From positions 18,387 through 82,386 of the forward strand of contig MCFE01000394.1 of the NCBI GenBank assembly GCA_002104905.1: a stretch of DNA of 64,000 bases, in the 5' to 3' direction. Shown here one piece after another: positions 1 to 13,741 of this stretch (position 1 is its first letter; every line of letters begins with the position of its first letter). The notes beneath the pieces were generated by a model. The model was not told the origin of the DNA and searched no databases. It saw nothing but the letters and a program-made list of their open reading frames with translations. Source of the stretch: Basidiobolus meristosporus CBS 931.73 (taxonomy: Eukaryota > Fungi > Basidiobolomycota). The translations under genes were made by a program, and so were the position numbers.

Positions 1-1445
1 TGGGTGTGTGGCATTTATATAGTGTAGTTACCAATAAATTTAATTAAACAATGTTTAGATGACTGCCAAGATGATTTAATGGAATCTATTGATGTTGGAG
101 TCTTTTCCCTTATCCAAACTATGGATATTGAACACATTTATTTTACAATTACAAGTGTTGACAATAGTGGCACGGATCTAGATGAAATCACTCATCTGAT
201 GGGTTTGAGTGCGGTGTTATAATAAGCAAGCTGGATTATAGATTAGATTACGCTCTTTGCTTAAGCACAATTAAATCACTGGCTTCTCTTTCTGGAGGTA
301 AACATTCCTAAAAATGGAAGAGTAGAGAATGTTGCAGCAGTAAGAATTTCTGTCCATAAACATTCTTAATAAATGACTAATACATGCCATGAAGCTAGGC
401 ACAAACTTCTGCATTACTTAGTAACTTTGTTGGAGATGAATGTGCTTACTTCATATGTGCTTGAGGTATGCATGTTGCTGACAGCTGTTAGCTGAGCTTA
501 AGCTCTAAAAGTTGCTAGCACATTAATAATATTGGACACTCTACTAAAGCTCAGCAATATCTCATAGAAATTGCCAGTTGGAGCTTTTTGATAGTATATT
601 GATGTAGAGCAGGTCTTTTGAGCTTGACAGTGAGGACATTCAGACCTTAGTCTTTTGCTTACTCTCTCTGCTAGAAATCAGTAGCTTCAAGTGTTGATAA
701 ATCCCATATAGATGCACCTTTATTGGTATCAACTTATTAGTTAACTAGCTTTACCAAGTTTACAGCTTATGCGTAGTTCTACTTGGAGCCTCTAATATTG
801 AGCATTCCTAACTCTGTTTACTTGTATGGCATTTGACATTTGCTGTTGTGCTTGAGTATTCAAGAAAACTCAAAAGTCATCCTAATATTGCAAGGAGCAA
901 GTCTCACTGGAATTCTTTTTTAGCCATTGGGTGCCCCAGCTCTAAAATCTAATCATACAATTATTTAGCTTGTTTTTTGTGTTGTGTCTACTGGCCACAA
1001 AGCAGACAATATAATGGGACCTCAGTATATCTGCAAAATTAGCTGAAAATAATCTGATCAGATGGTGCATTGCACTTTATCTCTAGGTCTCATTCATGCC
1101 CCCCATTTACTTGTGCTTAAAATGCAATCTCTTGGTGCTAACAAGTTCACTTTACCTTGAGAGCTATTAGTAGGGTGTACAATGCCATTTGGCTGCTTCT
1201 TCAGGTGCTTGGCAAGAAATTAATCTTTTGAGTATTGCCTATAGGTCAAGTCAGCCCAACATCTTAAGAATACCAAGCCTGGCCTGTGTAGCAGATATAT
1301 TTCTTCAATCATAGTAGTAAATCCCAGTTAAACTCTGTTTTGATATTAGTCAGAATCCACGCTGCAGATATCTTCTTGATACTCCAACAGTTCTAAGAAC
1401 CTTTGCTATACTCACTATTGTAAAGTAAGCTTTAGTTCAATACCA

Positions 1446-2850
1446 TCATTCAGCAAGTGTTTCTGCCATAATGCTTGTTTTCCAGGAATATGGTGGGAAC
1501 CATGTGGCTTTATGCCATTGTTCATTCACAAGTTCCTCAATGATTTGGTTTTTGGCCAGTGCAGCAAGGTCTGGCCCCTCATCTGCTAGTTTTTGCAATA
1601 AATCCTTCCAATATGCAAGTATGTTCTCTTGGGCACTGCTCTTGAAAAAGTGCTGCAACCTGTTGGTGTGCCTGTTAATCCACCAAAACTCCACTATAGG
1701 CATTGTGATGAGCTCCTGACTTTTTGACATTGTTGCTTTGCCTGTTTATGAAATCTCTACCTTGTGTACAATGGAAGATGCAAAGGCTGCACTGTATGAG
1801 TTGCCTTTCTCTGTAAACTTGTCTACCTCACTGGAGTGTAGCTCAACAGGCTGTGCTTCAAATTGTTGTGAAAGCAACTGTTGTTTTGTTGGCAATTTTT
1901 CTTAGCTATGATGGGAATCAGTCAGTTGTAGGCTTGCTGCTTCAAGTAGTATGAGCTATCAATTTCTTTCACACAGTCTTACCACTGGCTGTGGTTGATT
2001 CTTCTTCTTTCATTTATACCATGTCTTAGCAATACCTGGTGTTTGACTGCTGCCTCAAATGAGTGTTTTTTGTGATGTACTTCAATTTCTCCTTGATAAG
2101 TATTGTGCTGGTGCCAACATTTCTGCCTGCTTGTCCCTCAATAGCTCTCTTCCAGCTACCTTAAATTCATTTGCCACCAGTTTTTAGCTTAAAACCTTAG
2201 TTGTGAGAGGCTCTTGAGAGTACCACTGGTTTTATTCTAGCCAGGTCCTGCACTGCTCTTTTGGCTAAATGCCTCATGAGCAGAACTTTGTTGTTTCCTT
2301 GATAAATGCTGCATTGATGTATCTGTTTCTGCCTGCTTGTCCCATACTGGCACTCTTCCAGCTTCATGATGCTTCTTCACTACTTGTTTAGAGTTTTTGA
2401 CCCAGCTTGTGATTGGCTTTTAGCTGTGACCCCCTTATACTGTTGCCTATGATAGCTTTGGCTATTTTGCAATACTTCTTAACATTGCATTGCCAGTCCA
2501 AATCTTCTTGCTTGTTTGAATCCAGGGAAATGCTCATGGAGCTAATGATGCACATTCTGCTTGGCCTTGGGTTTCCAATGACTCCATAATATGCTAGCAT
2601 TAAGGTGATGGTGTGTTAGGCTTCTCACAGCCCCTTGAGTATTAGCCCACTGCTCATCAATATACTTAATGGCTTCATAGTTTATCAATGTCTTGTGATT
2701 CTTAGGCTTCAGGATATATATATGGCAGTCTCTCCCTGCCATGCTGTGAAGCGGTTTTTGGTGGGCTTTATCTTTGGGCAAAGTTATTGTGCTTCAAAGA
2801 ATATATGGTCTTCCTCTGCTGTTGCATTGAAAAATGGAGCAAATCTGGAC
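1446..2850 (-). mobile_element. Degenerate copy of unclassified multi-copy element ('family X')
   Basis: ORF fragments LQHFFKSSAQENILAYWKDLLQKLADE and YIDEQWANTQGAVRSL recur at 4138-4404, 26.2-27.7 kb and 37.3-38.5 kb; boundaries approximate. Confidence 0.6.
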
Positions 2851-2999
2851 TGTGATACTGATCTACTAGAGTTTTATCTTTACAACAAGGATTCTGTGCT
2901 CTTGGACTGGGATGTTGATTGCTTCCTAATGAGAATAATTTGGTCCCCCAGATGGATCTGATCTGGATCAAATATCAGGGTCCTGCAAAGAGTCTGTCA

Positions 3000-3900
3000 C
3001 AATGCTGGCAGCTTGGAGTTATTGACACTCCATACAATCTCATGTTGGGACTGTGATGGCATTTTGCTGATTTTACTGCCAAGTAAAGTAAGATACCTAA
3101 TAGTATTTGAGCAGTCTCCTGACAAGAATTGCATGGCATTCTAACAGTCTTAATTAACACCACACCTATTTGAGGGGACCTAGCCAGCCAATACATCTTG
3201 CCATTTATGACAAGAAACTTGAGAGTATTCTAAAGGCCTCTTGGCAACATCAGCTGACATCATTCCAGAAGTAGGGTAGCCTATAGCTAGTTTTGTTTAA
3301 TGCTACCATACTAATTTGCCAAATGATATTTCCTTTTTCAAACTCCTCTTGAGCTATTCATATTACCACTGTAGAATTGCCCCTCCTTATTTGTTTACCC
3401 ACTACCACCTTGGGTACTCCACCTTTAATTCAAATAAAGAAAGCCAGAGCCTCCGACTAAAACCTCAATAAATGTGCACATCTGCCACAATTGAAACACT
3501 TTTATCACCCCAACTTTACAGCTTTTTAGTGTTTTACTTGCAAAGCTGCCATATACCTTGTACTGCTGGTAACAAATACATCTTGAAAACACATGCTTGG
3601 TTGCAGCCACTTTTGCCATGAATGCTACCCAAACACTTGCTAAGAGCTTCCTGGTATTTAGCCAATATATTCCTTCTCCCTGCTGGATTCTAGACCACAT
3701 TGTAGATGAGCACTGGATCTTGTTTGAGTGAATTTTGTATTGAATGGTACAGGAATTGGCTTGTACCTAGTAGAAGCCCAGCATACCTTGATGAAGTTTT
3801 CCTTATAGAAATCAGTTGCTTGTTGCATCCAGCGCAGCCTTTCAAACAGGTGCTTGGTTGCTACCACTTATGCCATGAATACTGCCTGAATATATGCAAA
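3000..3900 (-). pseudogene. Retrotransposon gag/protease-like remnants
   Basis: Minus strand reads KCFNCGRCAH (broken CCHC knuckle) near 3470-3510; protease-like region downstream; many stops. Confidence 0.35.
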
Positions 3901-4089
3901 GAACTCTTGGTATTTAGTCAATATAATCCTTATCTGTGCTAAGTTCTAAATCCCCATCATAGGTGGGCTCTGGCTACACTCCAGTGAGGTAGATGAGTTT
4001 GCAGAGATAAACAATTTGTCTACTACAGCCTCCATGTCCTCCATAGTTGACATAGTGGATATCCCACTGACAGACAAAGTAGTAATGTC

Positions 4090-4700
4090 AAGTACTCAGA
4101 AGGTTATCACAATGCATTTGGTGGAACTTGATCATTAATGTTGCAGCACTTCTTCAAGAGCAGTGCTGAAGAAAATGCATGTGAATATTGCAAGTATTTA
4201 TTACAAAGACTGGCAGACAAGGTGCTAGACCTTGAAGTGCCAGCTGAAGACCAGGATGTGTGGGAACCAGTGAACAAACAGTGGAAGCTGTTGGGTTCCT
4301 GCAGGAGTCATGGAAACATAGTGTTACAGCAGAAATACTTAGTGAGTGGTGGATTTCAATGGTGTTACTTGTTGAGTGTGGGGTTGGGCTTAATGTTAGT
4401 GTAAGGTATAGGGACTTGTATAGGTCAATACAATTGACTGTTGTGGTACTACTGCAGTTTCAACAGAAATAAATCAATTTGTGAGCATGAAATAATAACA
4501 ATATTAGTTAAGTTAGGAAGTAAGGAGTGTGAAAAGAGGCAATAACCAATCAATGCACACAAATGTATGAGGTGATTGAGTGTCAAGGACTAAAACAGGG
4601 TGAACTGGCAGAGGACCAATCAAGAGCCACTGATGTAAAGTTGTGATGAAAAATCTCAACTAAGTTTTTGTGAAATCTGAGGTGTAATTATTTTTCATTG
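4090..4700 (+). mobile_element. Family X 3' fragment, plus orientation
   Basis: ORF 4138-4404 LQHFFKSSAEENACEYCKYLLQRLADKVLDL; 4460-4560 is the reverse complement of ~26470-26580. Confidence 0.6.
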
Positions 4701-4959
4701 GTCTTGGCATAGTATTTGAAGAGGATCAACACCTCTTAGTCACCGGAGTTTAATTATGTGACAGCTTTTTGATGGGATCATCACAATCATCTGAACAGGG
4801 GCTCTACATGTACTATCTTCCCATCCTGTCTCTGGACTATGTCCTGATTTCTACAAGCCATTGCATCTATTCTATTAGTCACTCCACCTAACTGCCTCAC
4901 TATTGCTTTAGTATGAGCTCACAACTTACTTACTAATATAGTTGGCAGTGATGTTATAA

Positions 4960-5345
4960 TGGTCTATTATTGGTGTTCTGCAGGAGGTGTTGCACTTGGT
5001 ACATTCTTATCTGGCAGAGCATCATGATCAGCTGACAGTTCCTCAGATATTCTCAATTGCATCCTTGACTGGCGGCTTGTGGAGTCCATATTTGTACCTG
5101 CAGTAGGCACATTGTCAACATGGTCTTTTTTGGATGTAGCCACTCTTGTTCCACAGAATATCACAGCAAGTCATTGTCCAATTGTTGTTCTGCTGCTGTT
5201 TGCCATGGGACTTGGTTTGCTTTGTTTTTTGGCAACATATATATGGAAGAGAGTCAAGCCAAAAAGGAAATAGTGCTACATATTCCTATGTATGTGGTGC
5301 CACAACTTTATTTATAGTGCTTCCTATGGTATGTTATCATTAAAT
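4960..5345 (-). mobile_element. Family X 5' fragment
   Basis: Colinear with 38540-38790 and 27880-28110 (shared ...atatggaag..ag..aa.ccaaaaggaaa...gt.ccacaacttta). Confidence 0.55.
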
Positions 5346-5349
5346 GTTA

Positions 5350-7400
5350 CATTCATGTGATGCAATATCTTTGATACAAGACTGTCATCCCAAGTATTAA
5401 CAAAAGGTGATACAATAGCATCACATTGTTGAGTATTAAACTGTATGTCCCATGGACAAGACTACCTTGATTCAATTGTGTAAGGGAAGGAAAAAGAGAC
5501 CATGTGGTTATTGTAACATTCCTCTCAGTCATGAAGGATGAAGTCAGCATAGGAAGTATTGTAAGGATGATGGTTAGTGCATTCCCACACAAGTTATACC
5601 TGAGCACTCATCAGTCACTACTGTACCAACAATTTCTTGTCAGCCACTTATACTTTCATAGTGACAACTAGCTGAAGTGGTTGACCATTGCACACTAAGT
5701 CAGGTGAACTTGTTAAGCCATTTGGTGCACTGCAGCCCTCTCAATATGGCCAACAGAGTGATAGCTCAGAAGAAAATGATTCATTAGTTGATTGTAAGCC
5801 TATCTCCCACTACAACTGTGCCCTGTATAAGTCCAGCAAGATCCTATTATGCAATGGGTAATACCCATGGAAAAAATGCCAGCATTACTTTACAAAGTCA
5901 AGGAAGCCCAGCAATCCATACACTGGCAAATTATGTGATTTTGCAGCTAGAAGAGTGGCAAGTAATCTGTAATGGGAACTTTATGGACTTACTGCTACAT
6001 ATTAGACTTGTTCCGTTGGATAGTGCCACATTGAGCCATGAGTGCCAAATGATGCCATTGTGTGCCAGAGAGATCAAGTGGGCCTATACTTGGCCACAGA
6101 GTGTGAAACATAGCTCTGCATCTTCATGTAAAGCAGTCCCTGTGTTTCACCCATTGCGCAGGAGAAAATCCATTTTTTGACCTTTTTTTGTGGATTAATG
6201 TAGCTCAGGATGTGTAACTGCACAGGAGAGCTGAAGATATGCATCTGGTACTCAACACCCATGGCACTTTGACTCTAGCTCCTGTAGCTTGTATCATGTC
6301 ACAAAAATGAATGGCACTATCTTGGTCCACTGGTACTATCTGGCACAATAAGTGCTTTGTATAGATCTTACTTTAGGGCTAATATTTAAATATAGCGCCA
6401 GATAGTACCAGTGGACCAAGAGAGTGCCATTCATTTTTGTGACATGATACAAGCTACAGGAGCTAGATTCAGAGTGCCATGGGTATTGAGTACCAGATGC
6501 ATATCTTCAATCTGCTTGTGCTCTAACACATCCTGCACAACATTGATCCAAAAAAAAAGATCAAAAAATGGATTTTCTCCAACACAATGGGTGAAACACA
6601 GGGGCTGCTTTGCATGAAGATGCAGAGCTATGTTTCACACTCTGTAGCCAGGTAGAGGCTCACTTGGCCTCTTTGGCACACTATGGCATCATTTGGCACT
6701 CATGGCTCAATGTGGCACTATCCAACGGAACAAGTCTATTGCCAAAACCATTTTGATATATTGGACAAACGAATGACCATCAAGCAGCTTGCAACATATC
6801 ATCCAGAGACCATCCTGGTACAAGTATGCATGAACAGTTGAATGGCACTTCTGACCACCCTTGCAAGGTGTCCAGCTTGTCAGGAGTCCACCATCACAAG
6901 AAGAAAACATTGCTCACACTCCAGCAATTATCTAGTAATAACTGTCAAATAAGCTCATGCAGTCCAGTAAATAATCTGAAGTTATCAAGTACTGTAGTTA
7001 GTATGAATCAGGTGCAACCATCTCCAAAATACTTAGTAGCAAAGATTGCAATCAATGAGGAAGCAAGAGCAATTTGAAAATATACATGAACACGCATTCG
7101 CCTTGGCTCTTGATGGATACTCTTGAGACAAGTACTCCACCAGCATATTATGTTGGCCTCTGATTCTCATCAACCTCAAGCTGCCCCTAATTCTACAATA
7201 TAGGAGTAGTGGTTTGATGGTAGTATCACTGATTTTGAGGCTTTTATCACTGTCCAATTAGGGTAGCAACCTGTATCCTTTGCAGAATGAATTTCTATGC
7301 TAACCAACAGGATACCAGTAAGTAGCTGTCATATTAAAATAAATATTCTTATCTGTATTAGAACACATCAGCCATCAGCACAATAGCTTGCTTTTCCCGG
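5350..7400 (-). pseudogene. Eroded Ty3/Gypsy pol remnant (RNase H/integrase) interrupted by a foldback element
   Basis: Minus strand IKPLL...IRGQHNMLVEYLSQ resembles the RNase H end (TDHKPL...G..N..ADYLSR); integrase zinc-finger-like remnant near 6750-6830. Confidence 0.35.
6004..6737. mobile_element. Foldback non-autonomous DNA transposon, ~340-bp inverted arms around a ~50-bp AT-rich spacer
   Basis: Starts agacttgttccgttgg, ends ccaacggaacaagtct; ATT on both flanks (6001-6003, 6738-6740). Confidence 0.9.
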
Positions 7401-8197
7401 TACAATGAACAGTATGGCTGCTGAATGTGTGTGATTCAGGGTATTCACTCCATAGCTCACACATGTTATTGTTATACAAACACTGATACTAAGAGCATCA
7501 TCTTACCATGGATAGTAAATACAGAAGTCAGCATGCATTAGCAGCATGCTGGCAAAATATAAGCTATTGGCCTGAATAAGGAATTAATCATAATTGGAGA
7601 TACTCCAGATAGGGAATACCTGTTTGTGCAAAAGTTTTTCACTAGGAGCAATGCATTTGCTGTTCAATAATATCCCTATACAGATGACCAAATTGTAGAT
7701 GGTGCATATCAAGCTAAATGAGGCCTTTGAGAAACTGGAAAAATTTTAAATAATTGGCAAGATATTACAGAGTATCCACCACTGTAAGTACTTCTCACAG
7801 GCTACACTCAACATTTATACACATATGCAACAATACAAGTGCAAGGACTGAATGAACTGGATATGTATTTATTCAAGTGACCTTCTGAAGTCATTTCCTT
7901 TTGAGTAATAACCCTATACTAAAGACTAAGCTCTATATGCGGCACTTCTAGTTAAACAAACTGTTTGAGGTACCAGAGAAACTTGAAAGAATTGCTCAGA
8001 TGTTGCAGAGTATCCAGTGCCCAAAGTACTTCTCAACAGCTCCAGTTAATATTTGTATGCATATTTGGCAGTGGAGAACATGGACTGGATGAGCTGGGTA
8101 CAGATTTATTGATGTGGCCTTCTGATGCAATATCAGCCTAGAGTACATTGGAAGCCTTGGCTGTCATATGCTGGTATGGTGGGAGTAATTACATAAT

Positions 8198-8408
8198 AGA
8201 CTTGTTCCATTGTGCCATTGATCATAGTGCAAGAAAGTGCTCTATATTTTGTTATTAATTTGATATTTTAGGGTCATATGCATGTCAATTTTGATCCCAA
8301 ATTGGCACTGTATGGCACCTTCTGGCACTCTGTGGCACAATCAGGCACCATCTGGCATGCTAGGGCACTATTGGGCACTATGATCAGCTGGAATGATGGA
8401 ACAAGTCT
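8198..8408. mobile_element. 211-bp MITE of the same terminus family
   Basis: Starts agacttgttcc, ends ggaacaagtct; AAT duplicated on both sides; eight GGCAC-type repeats inside. Confidence 0.85.
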
Positions 8409-11208
8409 AATAGCTGCTCACCAATGCCAACTTATTGCATCTAGAGCTTTTATGCAAGGGTTCTGCAATAGGTTCTGAGTGGGAATACTTCAAGCATAAA
8501 GCTGAATACCTAAACTTTTACTGCTACTGTATTCATTTTCTATTCCATGTTGCCTGGTGTGAGGAGAATATTGAGCCATACTCAACCTTTGGGAATTTTC
8601 TATGGAGCAGATGTATGAGGAGATAGGAGCGCAAGTCAGGTTGCAAGTAAAGACATAGCCTATTGTCATCAAGATTATAACATCCAAGCCCATTACAAAT
8701 ATCATGAGCTGACATTCAGAGAAAAACTAGAAGGATTTGTAGCTACCAGCTTAGATGTGCACCTGCAGACATCAATGCCTTAGCATTAAGAAGCTAAGCA
8801 GCCCCAATGCATGGATAATCAGTTAAGGAATGCAAGGTTGGGTTAAATACAATAAGTAACTAATATTTACTTGGACAACTTATCCATAGTTTGCTTATCA
8901 TACAGAACCAGTTGTAGCTCCTGTAATGCTGTTACAATGACAACAGATGTCTGCATTACAGCTGTCCAGACACTGTGCTATTTCTTCTCATTTACTGCAC
9001 TTGCATGCATTGGCTGGTTAGGCCTGCTCAAACAAATATTGACAACATTGAGAGCTTTAAATGCCATGTAATGCCTGCAAAAGAGCTGTTAAAACACTTT
9101 CCAGTTTCTTACTCCACCTGACAGTAATTGAGCAAAATACTTTCACAATCACACAATACAATTGTGAATAGGGTCAATAGTTCCAAGCTGCTGGTATTAT
9201 GGTTTTCTAGTGGTGGGGCTTTGTCAGCTTATCAGAATTGGATCCACTCAGTAGACCATGCTCCCTTCATAGGGGGGTATAGATTCCACTGCTGTACAAA
9301 GCAAAAATGCTAAGAAAGTTTTGTACTATCACAAAGCCCATAATGGAGTTTAGAGACCATAACAGGCACATCACAATGTCACAGCACTTCTCCAACAGTT
9401 GTACTTAAGAAAACTCCCTTCAATATTACATGGACTCATTGCTAATACTAGCGCATGAGTTGCCAAACCTTGCATTGCTGGCTGAAGACAAGGACTTATA
9501 CAAAATAGTGGAGATACAACATCATAAAGTCATGGGACTCCAGTTAAATTCATGGGCAAATGATACTATGGCAGAGATACTTACCTAATAGTGGATTTGA
9601 ATAAAGTTGCTGGTAGAATTTGAGGTATGGTTAGTTGCTGGTGCTGAGTACAGGGACTTTATAGATCACTTCAGTTAATAATTGATATACAACAAGTGAT
9701 TCAACAGACAGAGGCTAAATTATGTGCATGAAGAGTAAGTGCACTGTTTATCAGGAAATAAGGAATGCAAAAGCAAGGCAATAGCCAGTCAACGTTTACA
9801 TATTTAGATGATGATCAAGTGTTTGGGACTGAAAAGTTAGAGAAATGGTAGAAACCAATTAAAAACAACCTTATGGCTGTTGTAATGAAAAATTTTGACA
9901 ATGTTTTTTGCAAAATCTCAGGTGCAGCTTTTCAACAATCATGAATAGTGTCCTAAAGACTGTAGTACCTCCTAGTCATGGGATTTGAACTGTGTAATGG
10001 CTATTGGATGGCATGATGACAATAATTTCTTAGAGCCTGCCCCAGCTATTCAAGTAGTGAAGCTTTGTCAGCAGTGAAGTCAGATGTTTCTCTGCACTAA
10101 TAGAGTCATAGGTAGCACCAGGGTTGTACACTAGTGCATTCTTGGCATACAGCTCCATAATGTATATACAGATGACATCATGCAAATTAGTACATATACA
10201 AGCTTATACCAGTATACAAACTTTCTAAGCATGCTATTGATGATGAATGTACTAAGCTTCTTGAAGTCTTATTAATGCAAAGTGCATGTGCTGCTGATTC
10301 CACTGAAATATTGCCAGCCAAAGCTGCCATTATCAAGGGTGGGGCAGATATATTAGTTATGTTGGTAAACAACTTACAACCACTGTTTGATGCTTTCCTT
10401 GATGTTTTGAGTTGCTTGGGAATGCCCAGAGTATGCAGGCTCAAAGGATAGATCAAAATTAAAAATATCCAGTATGAAACATAGACTGTAGAAGGTATAG
10501 TTACCGTGGGGATGCAATCAGCAACTGCAGAGTCATTGCTCCTGGAGCTGCAGATAGCAGACTCATCACATGTGTCATGAACATAAGATCTGGGTTATAT
10601 TTTTTGTCAAGAGCTGCAGCAGCTTGGCAAAGGTCTCCATCATCATTGAGATTGCATAGTGAGTTGACCATATGAAAGGTGGCATGTGCTTGGCCTCAAT
10701 GGATAGTAGTAATAAGAACTTTGCATGAGCTACAGTGTAAGTGCAGAGTTAACCTTATTTGATTGCTTTTATCTGCACTTAAAAGGGTGCTTGATTGAAA
10801 GTAGCATAGCACTCCTCTATTGAGGCTGAGTCAATGAAGCAGCTGTGTAACCAAACTCTAATTGAAAAATGGACTAAAGCCTCACTGTAGGAGTTCCTGG
10901 ATACTGTTGAGTTAGAGCAAAGGTGAGATAACATATGTGTTATACACTACTATCATCAAGATATGAAGTGTGAGCATAAACCAACTGTATCTAATATACA
11001 AGGCTGAAGGATTTCATCAATATTGAGTGTAGAAACTAGACTTGCTCTGTTTGATGGTAACACATAGTGCCAGCCTGTTTATGGTGCCAGATTGATCTGG
11101 CACTATCTGCACTATGGTAGAAACCATAGTGCCAGTGTTAGGATATAGTTGCTGGTAATTTTACTCAATCTTACTTTGTTGCTCAGAATAGTACTTTCCT
11201 TGCTTTAT

Positions 11209-11900
11209 TCACTCTTCATAATGCTCCAGACACATATCTCTCAGTGGATGTATTTGGAAATGAATATGCTGTGCACTGATAAGTATCTTAAAAGTTTTAC
11301 TTATTCTGCTGTTTCCTCCTACATATGGCTTGCCTCTGCATTTACCTGCCAATGTGCTGAATGTCTTCAGATATCCATATGTATGCTCTACCCTTGCTCT
11401 GAAATGATTAAACATCTCATTGTAGAGCTTCTGCTTCCGGCTAAGCACACCATTACATGGCTTCCTATAAGCTGTAAAGCATCCTAATCTCTGACAGTCC
11501 TCTTCTATATAAGCTAAGTCTGCCATCACATTTCCCCCCATACTGAATTCTGGTTGATTCTCTACCTAGAGTGCTTTGTCATGCCTAATTCCAGCAAATT
11601 ACCCAGTAAACCAGATAATGACACCCTCAGTATCAGACAGTTCTTGAAACTTCACACAGTGTGCCTTGTACTTGCCTGAATAAAAGTGCCATTGCCCTCT
11701 ATAAGGTCTGTTGATCCTGACTTGGAAGGTATCCAAAATATTCCTTACATGGAACCTACTGCTGAGCACTCTGGGATATGGAAGTCTATTGGTGCTTCTG
11801 AACCTGTTACTCCAAGCTTGCTCTAAATCATTCATACCCTTGGAAAGGAGAATCTTCATTGCTTTCAGCTAGGGATGAAAGCTTCTGCAACTAATGTTGC
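11209..11900 (-). pseudogene. DDE_Tnp_4 (Harbinger/ISL2EU-type) transposase, fragmented
   Basis: ILDTFQVRINRPY...FYSGKYKAHCVKFQ (first D), MADLAY (second D), YNEMFNHFRARVEHTYGYLK (E) match the family pattern; 5' part cut by a solo LTR. Confidence 0.85.
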
Positions 11901-11956
11901 CATGGATAGTGGGATGGAACCTTGCAATGGTTCTTGTAATAGCAGTGAAGCTTAAC

Positions 11957-12323
11957 TGTTACAAGTCTTGGTATAAGAGTTGTAGAGGGATAGAGAGTTC
12001 AGCCAGTCTTGTATTCATTAAAACATGAACTGATCTTTATTGAGGTTCCAGCAGCTCCTTATATACATTATGCCAGATCAATTGCTGACTTATTCTATTT
12101 CCTAATATAGGCTGTGGCTGATACTCATTTGATTGCATCATTATCACCCAATAAGATCCTACTTGATATATCTACTTCTGTCTGGTAAGGATCTGCTGAT
12201 TCATTTGCTGAATAATGCTACTGATTTGATGGATACTATTGATATACTGATAAGGTACACATATAACTAATTGATTTGACTAAAAACTGATCTAACTTAA
12301 ACATTCAGGCAGTAGACCATTAA
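11957..12323. repeat. Solo Ty3/Gypsy LTR inserted in the PHIS element
   Basis: Starts tgttacaag, colinear with the LTR at 36896-37262; flanks ttaac/ttagc (4 of 5 match). Confidence 0.85.
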
Positions 12324-12494
12324 TTAGCAAGGAATCTCCTTGAGTAGGATGCGGTAGATGGTCAACAGTATTTGGTATAGATCTCCTCTAGTGTGCTAAA
12401 AGAGAATCCAGTGCTAGTGATGGGATTGATGAAAAAGGACCATTTGGATGAGTAAGTCATTTTAAGATTAGTAAGTGATTGAACTGAGGTTACT

Positions 12495-13741
12495 ATGGTC
12501 CCAATGCCAAGTCTCAACTCATCATCAGTACCACCTAGCCAAAACCCATCCACCAACTTACAAGCATTGTCCAGACTGAAGAGGTCAATGTTGGATCTGT
12601 TTGCATTCTTGCTAAATAATTATAGTATGGCCCAAGTGTCTATGATGAGCCTTCATACAGATATTTGGGTTCTACTCATTAATCTAGCAGAACCAGATAC
12701 CTCAGAGAGTCAACAGAAATGGAACATCCTGAGTTGAAAGCTGTGGAATGAGTTCTACATCAAGTAGCCAGCATATGTATGTACAAAGATGTATAACCAG
12801 ACAAGTACTGAAATCAAGAATGAGCTGAGAGTGAGGGGATTTGATGATGAAGCCATGCAGGAACACTTTTGCGTGCAATTAGCTCAGTACAGGCCTGGTG
12901 CATCCATTTGTACTTTAACTTTGGGAACCAAAGAGATCTTGAATGAGTTTTTGCCTCAAATGACTGATGTGCTATATGATATATTGGTAGAGTTAAGTGG
13001 CTTCCAAGAGCAATATACACAAAGCTCATCCAGGCAACAGTTCCAAGTATCAGACACAGGGTAGGTGAGTACCTTGAGGAATCAGAAGGTGAGCTTCAAC
13101 AGGAAGAATACAGACTGCAAGCAACAGTGTCCAGATTGTGCCAGCACACCTTGCTGGATTCCTTACTATCCCTTGCAACTTCTGCGTGCTGGCACATGTC
13201 AGTCCACGCTATGCCAACACCCTTCACAAGAGTGCCCTGCATTGAGTCAATGCGTGTTGGGTCCATGTGTGCACTTCTGTGCAAAACCATCAGAACTTGC
13301 CAAACTGCTTATTTAGACACAAGTCCATTAGAGCAGGCCAAGTTGTGTCAACAGACAGCATCATATCAAACTCAGCCAAGGGCCATGCTGGCTCATCATG
13401 TTGTGCCTGCACATGCCATTGAACCTGACCATCAGCAAGTTACTTCCGGGGAACTTACTGATGATGACCAGCACAAAGTGCCTCTACCACCAGAGCCAGT
13501 GGCAAGTAAAAGAACACGTCATCATGTAGCACTGCAGGCCAGTTCAGTAACATCACCTGGAGCAATTAAGCATGGTCAAGCTGCAGCATTGCACTCATCA
13601 ACTAAGAGGCAAAGTACTGACTACAAATATGCAAGTAGCCAAGAGGATAGTCAACAAGGAAGAAGTTTAGGTGTGCAAAGTGAATTACTACCAAATGCTT
13701 CAGTAGTAATCCCTGTGAGAAAAAAACCTAGGAGAAGTTGA
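12495..13741 (+). pseudogene. Second, divergently oriented ORF of the PHIS element, frameshifted, function unknown
   Basis: Fragments at 12495, 12789, 13065 and 13127; homologous fragments at 42259-42974 (-) in the second copy. Confidence 0.6.

Noticed and set aside
1-1440. Identifiable element at the window start
   Set aside because: CpG-depleted like the rest and probably TE-derived, but no motif or terminus could be supported
6411-6617. Recurrent ORF MDQDSAIHFCDMIQATGARF in several places
   Set aside because: It is the foldback arm; starts are GTG/TTG, copies differ by poly-A frameshifts, and there is no domain signature
11209-11859. Bacterial IS5-family insertion or contamination
   Set aside because: It is embedded in eukaryotic TE DNA, shares the CpG depletion, carries a Gypsy solo LTR and has MITE derivatives, which fits a eukaryotic PHIS element
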